Source: Candidatus Melainabacteria bacterium 17Bon1m | Lineage (GTDB): Bacteria; Cyanobacteriota; Vampirovibrionia; Obscuribacterales; Obscuribacteraceae | Direction of reading: 5' to 3' | Length of the DNA stretch: 64,000 nucleotides | NCBI GenBank assembly: GCA_032128875.1 | Contig: JAVLKG010000002.1 | Span: 576,001-640,000, forward strand | Part shown: piece after piece, positions 57,686-64,000 of the stretch | How the letters are laid out: each line of letters starts with the position of its first letter | How positions within the stretch are numbered: position 1 is the first letter of the stretch | Made by a program: the position numbers and the translations under genes | Notes under the pieces: generated by a model | The model's input: only the letters and a program-made list of their open reading frames with translations | The model's database searches: none | What the model was told of the DNA's origin: nothing

Positions 57686-60600
57686 GTGACTGCTGGATAT
57701 CAAAGATATGCCGAGCTGCATTGTCATTCGTCATTTTCTTTTCTGGATGGTGCGTCCAACCCGGAAGAGTTGGTCATGCGTGCAAAAGAACTCGGCTTGG
57801 CTGCTCTTGCAATAACAGACCATGATGATTTTGGAGGAATAGTCAGATTTGCATACTCTGCCAGAGAACTCGAATTTCCTGTCATCATAGGGTGTGAGGT
57901 AACGATTGAAGATGACTCGCATCTGATCCTTCTCGTTGAAAACGAGCGAGGATATCGAAATCTCAGTTATCTCCTCACGCAGGCACGCATGCAAAAAGCA
58001 CGCGGCAAACCTCGTGTTTCATACCAGCATTTAGAAGAGCGATCGGAAGGGCTGATAGCCCTCTCCGGCTGTCCTCATGGACGCATACCTTCAGCCTTAT
58101 TTCTTGAACGAGTTGAAGAAGCGAAAGACATTGCAGGTCAGCTCAAAGAAATATTTCAAGATCGTTTTTACCTTGAAGTATGGAATCATTTACTAAACCA
58201 AGAAGCTGTTATTGCCAAAAAGCTTTTGGATTTGTCAAATTCTTTGGCAATACCGTGGGTGGTGACAAACAATGTTCACTACGCATCGCCGGAAGGGCGA
58301 ATGGTGCATGATGTTCTTACTTGCATAAAACATGATGTTACTCTCGCCCAGGCAGGTAGAAGATTAAGGGCCAATGGTTGTTTCTACCTGAAGTCCCCGG
58401 AAGAGATGGCTTATTTATGGCGCCATGATCTTACCGGAATAAACAATACACTTCGTATCGCAGATAGATGCCAGTTTCGCCTTGGTGCATTCAAACCGCC
58501 ACTGCCAGTCTTTGATTTGGAGGATGGCACCACTCATAATGGCATCTTAGAAAAACTTGTTTGGGAAGGTGCAAAGATCAGATATCCAGATCTGACAGAA
58601 AAGCACCTTAAACAAATAAATTACGAATTGAGCATGATTACGAATTTGGGGTTGGCTCCATATTTTTTGATCATGTGGGACATCGTCAATTTTGCCCGTA
58701 AAAACGGCATTGCTGTTCAAGGGCGTGGCTCTGCGGCAAATTCGGCTGTGTGCTATTGCTTGATGATTACAGCTGTCGATCCGATTGGTATGGATTTACT
58801 CTTCGAACGATTTCTTTCTTCTGGTCGCAATGAACCCCCGGATATTGATGTCGATATTGCTCACCAGGAAAGAGAAAAAGTAATTCAGTATGTTTATGAA
58901 AAGTATGGACGAGAACACGCTGCAATGGTCTGCGAAGTAATAACTTATCGCGGGCGTTCTGCAGTGAGAGATGCTGCCAGGGTGCTGGGTTTTTCTCAAG
59001 AACAAGCTGATTCGCTTTCGGTAGAAGCAAGACATATGGAAGCTCACGAAGCAGCGTTGAACTTGAGAGCCGGTGGTGCGGAAAGAGCAGGATTGGATCA
59101 AAAGGATAAACGAGTTCAGCAACTGATTCGTGTTGTTTCAGGACTGCATCAATTGCCTCGTCATAGATCTATTCACGTGGGTGGTTTTGTTCTTTGTGGA
59201 ACTGCACTTGGTGAAGTGGTGCCTATTGAGCCTGCGGCGATGGATGCGCGAACTGTCATTCAATGGGACAAAGATGATATTGATTTGATGGGCTTGATCA
59301 AAATTGATCTACTAGGTTTGGGAATGCTGACTCTTCTTCAAGAAGGGTTGAGGCATGTTCATAAATATCGTGGATTGGATATTGATATTGGTCGCCTAGA
59401 TATGAGTGATCCTGCGATTTACGAGATGCTGACTCAAGCCGATACCGTCGGTGTGTTTCAAGTCGAATCTCGCGCTCAGATGAATATTCTCCCGCGCATC
59501 AAGCCAAAGTGCTTCTACGATATTATTGTTTCCATTGCTATTGTGCGACCTGGTCCGATTCAAGGAAATATTGTTCATCCATATTTACGACGACGTCGAG
59601 GCGATGAGCAGGTCACTTATCTTCATCCGACTTTAGAGCCGATATTGAAGCGGACATTAGGAGTGCCGCTGTTTCAAGAGCAAGGCATGAAGCTGGCTGT
59701 CGTTGCCGCCGGATTTACTGCTGCACAGGCAGATCATTTGAGGCGCGTGATGAGTCATAAGCGCTCTCTGGAAAAGATGGCATTACTTTGTGATGATCTT
59801 GCTGCAGGAATGAAAAAAAATGATTTTTCACCAGAAGCGATTGAAACAATCACACATCAATTGAGAGCATTTGCAAATTACGGATTTCCTGAAAGTCATG
59901 CTGCTTCCTTTTCCCTTTTAGTCTACGCATCTGCATACTTGAAGAAGTATTTCCCGACGGAATTTTACTGTGCGATTTTGAACGCTCAACCGATGGGTTT
60001 TTACAGCCCCGCTACTCTGATACGAGATGCAATTAACCATGGTGTTGAAGTGCTTAGTGTGGATTTGGCAAAAAGCGATTGGGATTGCACAATCGAAATA
60101 ATTGAACAGAAGGAAGGATTTGGTGCTTTTGGATTTGCCAATGCGAATAAAGTTAAACAAGCCAATCAAGCCAATCAAGCTCCTAATGCAGTTGAAGTTT
60201 TGGAGCAAAAGAAAACTCAGAAGCTGGCACTGCGTATTGGGCTGAGGTTTGTACATGGCTTAGGTAACAAGTCTATGCAGGCATTGAAAGCGGTTCATGC
60301 TGCTGGAGGAAAGTTCACATCAATGGAAGATGTTTTGCAGAGAAGCGGCTTAGGACCAAGTGATTTGAAACAACTTGCACGTGCCGGAGCATTTGAAAGC
60401 CTATATCCCGGACGTCGAAAAGCGTTATGGGAAGTGCTTTCCAGATTGAATAATCCACCTCCTACACCTTTGCTCGATCTTCTAGAGACAAAGCCGGTAG
60501 AGGATGTACCGGAAATGTCTAGCCTAGAAGAGATAGTTGCTGATTTTAGAACTTTAGGACTTTCTACAGGTCCTCATCCGATGTCGTTCTACAGAGAATG

Positions 60601-60937
60601 GGCTCAAAAATTTGGAATCAAATCTTGCCAGGAATTGGGTGTGTCAGAGCACAGCAAAGTTATGTCTGTAGCAGGCGGAGTAATTTGCAGGCAAAGACCG
60701 GAAACTGCAAAGGGGTTCGTTTTTATCACTCTTGAAGATGAGACTGGCGTCGCAAATATCATCGTCAACCCAAAAGTTTTTGCTGAATTTCGACATTTGA
60801 TAATGCGAACTTCTTTTATGTTAGTGAAAGGCAAATTACAGCTAGAAGATGGCGTAGCTAACATCCTTGCGGAAAAGTTCGAACCGCTTCCGCTTTTGCC
60901 TGGAAATCCTATTTTGCCTACCCGAGATTTCCATTAA
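57686..60937 (+). CDS. dnaE2: Error-prone DNA polymerase III alpha (DnaE2/ImuC)
   Basis: YAELHCHSSFSFLDGAS, GRGSAANS, PPDIDVD, SIHVGG, FQVESRAQ, YGFPESHAASF, QPMGFY, RQRPETAKG, C-terminal TRDFH. Confidence 0.96.
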   Translation: MTAGYQRYAELHCHSSFSFLDGASNPEELVMRAKELGLAALAITDHDDFGGIVRFAYSARELEFPVIIGCEVTIEDDSHLILLVENERGYRNLSYLLTQARMQKARGKPRVSYQHLEERSEGLIALSGCPHGRIPSALFLERVEEAKDIAGQLKEIFQDRFYLEVWNHLLNQEAVIAKKLLDLSNSLAIPWVVTNNVHYASPEGRMVHDVLTCIKHDVTLAQAGRRLRANGCFYLKSPEEMAYLWRHDLTGINNTLRIADRCQFRLGAFKPPLPVFDLEDGTTHNGILEKLVWEGAKIRYPDLTEKHLKQINYELSMITNLGLAPYFLIMWDIVNFARKNGIAVQGRGSAANSAVCYCLMITAVDPIGMDLLFERFLSSGRNEPPDIDVDIAHQEREKVIQYVYEKYGREHAAMVCEVITYRGRSAVRDAARVLGFSQEQADSLSVEARHMEAHEAALNLRAGGAERAGLDQKDKRVQQLIRVVSGLHQLPRHRSIHVGGFVLCGTALGEVVPIEPAAMDARTVIQWDKDDIDLMGLIKIDLLGLGMLTLLQEGLRHVHKYRGLDIDIGRLDMSDPAIYEMLTQADTVGVFQVESRAQMNILPRIKPKCFYDIIVSIAIVRPGPIQGNIVHPYLRRRRGDEQVTYLHPTLEPILKRTLGVPLFQEQGMKLAVVAAGFTAAQADHLRRVMSHKRSLEKMALLCDDLAAGMKKNDFSPEAIETITHQLRAFANYGFPESHAASFSLLVYASAYLKKYFPTEFYCAILNAQPMGFYSPATLIRDAINHGVEVLSVDLAKSDWDCTIEIIEQKEGFGAFGFANANKVKQANQANQAPNAVEVLEQKKTQKLALRIGLRFVHGLGNKSMQALKAVHAAGGKFTSMEDVLQRSGLGPSDLKQLARAGAFESLYPGRRKALWEVLSRLNNPPPTPLLDLLETKPVEDVPEMSSLEEIVADFRTLGLSTGPHPMSFYREWAQKFGIKSCQELGVSEHSKVMSVAGGVICRQRPETAKGFVFITLEDETGVANIIVNPKVFAEFRHLIMRTSFMLVKGKLQLEDGVANILAEKFEPLPLLPGNPILPTRDFH

Positions 60938-61066
60938 ACGTGCCCTGTCTGCCGTTCGGAGCTTTCGCTTAAGTTAAGAAGCCGTAATCTTTGGAGCGCT
61001 TGAAAACCCGCCGCTCTGCTGCAGCACACGCGATGTGCAGCATATTGTGCTATTACTTAAAAGAAA

Positions 61067-61777
61067 GTGGCTAGCCATAAGGGTCATCAAAGTTTATCCT
61101 TTAAGTTACCTCTATTAAATGGCTGGAAAGAGCGTTGGCGTCCTATGTCCGCAGATTTAAACAAACGACCTACAGTTGACGAAAAGGACTATTGGGAGAC
61201 TCTGTACAGGGTCAAGCGCACGCCGTGGGAACTCAATCAGATTTCCCCGCCGCTGCGAACCTTTTTGGACTCACCCTATAAAGTCCCGCCCGGTCGAATC
61301 GCTGTTCCTGGTTGTGGAACAGGTCACGATTGCATGTTGTTTGCCAGCCGTGGATTCGAAGTAACCGCAATAGACTTTGCACCGTCAGCACTCCAATCGA
61401 CCACTGAAAAGTTTATACAAGCCGGAATTCTGAATTCCAAAGGTTTTGTTCTCGATAAAGATGTTTTCGACATGCACGACTATGACGGGCATTTCGATTA
61501 TGTTCTCGACCACACATTCTTTTGTTCGATACATCCGTCTCGACGCAGACAGTACGCTTACGTCGTACGTGACCTTTTGAAGCCGACGGGCAAATTGATT
61601 TCACTTTTCTGGTTGGTTGAACGACGTGGTGGCGGTGCGCCTTTTTCCACTACAAATGACGATATCTTCGCTGTCTTCAAAGACATCTTTGCCTTCGACA
61701 TCGTTTTCGAACCGCCTGATTCAGTGGATTCGAGAAAAGGCAAAGAAATCTTTTGCTTGATGTCGGTGAAGAAGTAA
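61067..61777 (+). CDS. TPMT/thiol-halide-type SAM-dependent methyltransferase; likely start ATG 61145
   Basis: YWE..Y..PWE, VPGCGTGHD, IDFA, DHTFFCSIHP, LLKPTG. Confidence 0.85.
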   Translation: MASHKGHQSLSFKLPLLNGWKERWRPMSADLNKRPTVDEKDYWETLYRVKRTPWELNQISPPLRTFLDSPYKVPPGRIAVPGCGTGHDCMLFASRGFEVTAIDFAPSALQSTTEKFIQAGILNSKGFVLDKDVFDMHDYDGHFDYVLDHTFFCSIHPSRRRQYAYVVRDLLKPTGKLISLFWLVERRGGGAPFSTTNDDIFAVFKDIFAFDIVFEPPDSVDSRKGKEIFCLMSVKK

Positions 61778-61791
61778 GTATCCCTTCTTTT

Positions 61792-61844
61792 GTAGGGGAG
61801 TCGCATGCGACTCCCTGTCAGGGAAGCGCATGCGCTTCCCCTAC
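61792..61844. repeat. 53-bp REP doublet (REPIN-like), copy 2
   Basis: GTAG-GGGAGTCGCATGCGACTCCC-TGTCA-GGGAAGCGCATGCGCTTCCC-CTAC, between convergent genes; 49/53 identical to copy 1. Confidence 0.85.
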
Positions 61845-61857
61845 AAAAATAAACCGA

Positions 61858-62565
61858 TTAGAACAAGCCTTCGCGCATCGCTTTTACTGCGGCTTCTGTT
61901 CTGTCTGAGACGGTCAATTTTTCCATGATATGGCGCATGTGAGTCTTCACAGTTTCAAGACCCAGTTCTAACTGGTCGGCAATTTTTTGATTGCTCAAAC
62001 CTTGAGCGACCAAGCGCAAGACCTCGATTTCTCTAGGCGAGAGTCTCGTGTTTGTACGCTCTCTTGTGCGTGTTCGTGTGCCGGTGGCCGTTGAACCGCC
62101 ATTTCCTTGAGCATTCGCCGGCTTGTCTGATGCGTATGCGCAAAGAACTCTGTTTGCAATGCCTGGATCGAGCCAGACTGCGCCTTCTGCTACGCTGCGC
62201 ACCACTGTTCCCAGCTGAGCGCTGGAGATGTTTTTCAAACAATATCCATTAGCGCCAGCGCTAAGTGCTGCGAAGATCTCTTGATCGCTCTGATGGGAGG
62301 TGAGCATGATCACTCTTGTCTCCGGCAATTCCTTGCGAATGCGTCGTGTCGCTTCGATGCCGTCGACATGAGGAAGTTCAATATCCATTAGCACTACATC
62401 CGGTTTCAACTCCATGACAGTCTTCAAGCCTTCACGACCGTCTTCGGATTCGGCTATTACACTTAATCCCGGCACCTGCTCCAGTCCCATCTTCAGACCA
62501 ATACGAGTAAACTCGTGGTCTTCGACGATAACTATACGGATGGTGGACTCAGATAAATTTTGCAT
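61858..62565 (-). CDS. NarL/LuxR family response regulator
   Basis: VEDH, VLMDIELP, GYCLK, LSPREIEVL...GLSNQKIA...TVKTH. Confidence 0.93.
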   Translation of the reverse strand: MQNLSESTIRIVIVEDHEFTRIGLKMGLEQVPGLSVIAESEDGREGLKTVMELKPDVVLMDIELPHVDGIEATRRIRKELPETRVIMLTSHQSDQEIFAALSAGANGYCLKNISSAQLGTVVRSVAEGAVWLDPGIANRVLCAYASDKPANAQGNGGSTATGTRTRTRERTNTRLSPREIEVLRLVAQGLSNQKIADQLELGLETVKTHMRHIMEKLTVSDRTEAAVKAMREGLF

Positions 62566-62578
62566 TTTCCTTAACCTA

Positions 62579-64000
62579 TCAGTGTGTTGTTGCTTGCAGA
62601 TCGTTATCGTGCTGCTTGTTCGATTTTCCTTCCGGTTTTTGAACCGGTAACTTGATGTAGAAGGTGGTCAATTGACCTGGGTCGCTCTCGCACCAGATTT
62701 CGCCGTTATGGGCTTCCACGATTTTCTTGCACAGGTAAAGGCCCAGGCCCCAGCTGTGTTTGTATGTTTTTTCAGGTGATTTGTGCCAGTAACGTCTGAA
62801 TAGTTTTGGGATATCCTCCGGCTGAATGCCAGCTCCTGGGTTGGTGATACTAAACAGAACATGTCCAGGCAAGTTGCGTGCGGCTACCTTTATGTTGCTT
62901 CCTTTGGGCGAATACTTGATCGCGTTTTCGAGCAAGTTTGTGAATACCCTGCGAATTGCAGTGTGGTCTGCCCAAACTTTTTTCAGATTGGTTGGAATCT
63001 CGACTTTTACCGACAAGTCATGATCTTTGATGATCGCGGACATGTGATCCAGGCAAGATTCAACAGTAATACCGAGATTTATTGTGTCGAAGAAATGCGG
63101 CTGTGCATTTGCTTCATAGCGATAGACGTCCAGCAATTGTTGGATCATCTTGAGCAAATTGCCATTGTTTTCACGCAGCTTGGTGACGAGCATTATGAGA
63201 GAGTCGTCCAGCCTTCCGGCTGTAGACTTCATCAAGAGCTCGATCGCTCTATCGGTCGCTATGACTGGAGTTTGCAAGTCGTGTGTGAGTGTAGCCACGA
63301 AGTCTTCTCTGTAACGAGCATGCTCGACGCGCTCGGAAACATCTACCGCAATGAGAACTGCACCGATAATGCTTTGGTCCTCGCTCTCGACAGGCCAAAT
63401 GGCCAGGTCAAAGTACCCTAGACAGCCCGGTTCCTCAGAAGTTCCATTCTTGGCAACCGCGGAAATGCCATTTGTTTTTGACTCTAAGCCATCAAGGTCC
63501 TGATCGTGATTGACGCAAAACTCTCTCTCGAAGTACTTCTTGCCCTCGTTGAGAGCATCTCGGAAGGGATCTTTTGGCAACCATGGGAAGGCGTCGAAAA
63601 TATTTTTATTTTGCAGTGAGCTCGAATCTTGTTCTGCTAATGAAGCAAAAGTCGCATTGACTTCCTTAATCAGGAAATCATTGCCGATATGCACGATACC
63701 AACCGGAGCGTGTTCCAAAATCTTTTGAGTGACGCGATGCTCTTCTTTGACTTTGAATGTTTCGGCCTCATGTAAGCGCTTCGTTTCAACGAGCTTCGCC
63801 TCGTGCTCTCGTTTTTCATGGGCGAGAATTACCTCTGCCTGACGCTTCACTTCTTCGCGCATCAAATACAGATTTACGAAGACAGATACTTTGGATTTGA
63901 GCACATCTTTCGAATAAGGCTTGATTATGTAGTCGACCGCCCCTAGAGAATACCCTCTGCTCGCCTCCGCTTCTTCGCGATACATGGCAGTAATAAATAT
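62579..64000 (-). CDS. Hybrid histidine kinase (REC-PAS-HisKA-HATPase), 5' end outside the window
   Basis: Frame is open to the window edge (IFITAMY...GAVDYIIKP = receiver C-terminal half); THDLQTP, NLLENAIKY, GLGL. Confidence 0.88.
   Translation of the reverse strand: MFITAMYREEAEASRGYSLGAVDYIIKPYSKDVLKSKVSVFVNLYLMREEVKRQAEVILAHEKREHEAKLVETKRLHEAETFKVKEEHRVTQKILEHAPVGIVHIGNDFLIKEVNATFASLAEQDSSSLQNKNIFDAFPWLPKDPFRDALNEGKKYFEREFCVNHDQDLDGLESKTNGISAVAKNGTSEEPGCLGYFDLAIWPVESEDQSIIGAVLIAVDVSERVEHARYREDFVATLTHDLQTPVIATDRAIELLMKSTAGRLDDSLIMLVTKLRENNGNLLKMIQQLLDVYRYEANAQPHFFDTINLGITVESCLDHMSAIIKDHDLSVKVEIPTNLKKVWADHTAIRRVFTNLLENAIKYSPKGSNIKVAARNLPGHVLFSITNPGAGIQPEDIPKLFRRYWHKSPEKTYKHSWGLGLYLCKKIVEAHNGEIWCESDPGQLTTFYIKLPVQKPEGKSNKQHDNDLQATTH

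Overview
Gene-dense bacterial chromosomal segment of about 50 CDS. I saw no rRNA, tRNA, CRISPR array, transposase, integrase or phage genes. Gene-family style (cyanobacterial-type CtpA, membrane-anchored Ser/Thr kinase pair, many TPR proteins, MBOAT+SGNH pair, OFOR/PPDK, no photosynthesis genes) suggests a non-photosynthetic Cyanobacteriota relative (Vampirovibrionia/'Melainabacteria', Obscuribacterales-like); this is inference only. Housekeeping content: 2-oxoacid:ferredoxin oxidoreductase alpha/beta, guaD-hpt, mtnP, an M16 peptidase pair, PPDK with its regulatory kinase, nadC-nadA-nadB, NrtR and two-component genes. Main observations: (1) an imuA-imuB/dnaE2 mutagenesis cassette is split by three unrelated genes, and both halves carry the same palindrome ATAC-N4-GTAT inside a sigma70-like promoter, a candidate lineage-specific SOS/LexA box that also occurs twice upstream of an orphan receiver protein; (2) an unannotated 185-nt structured, 6S-sized RNA candidate lies directly after mtnP; (3) an orphan AbiEi-like gene has a duplicated palindromic operator; (4) there is a stand-alone AbiTii-like gene; (5) GTAG-type REP doublets show a compensatory change; (6) a structured leader precedes the PPDK regulator-ppdK operon. 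All product calls come from motifs read by eye, not database searches.
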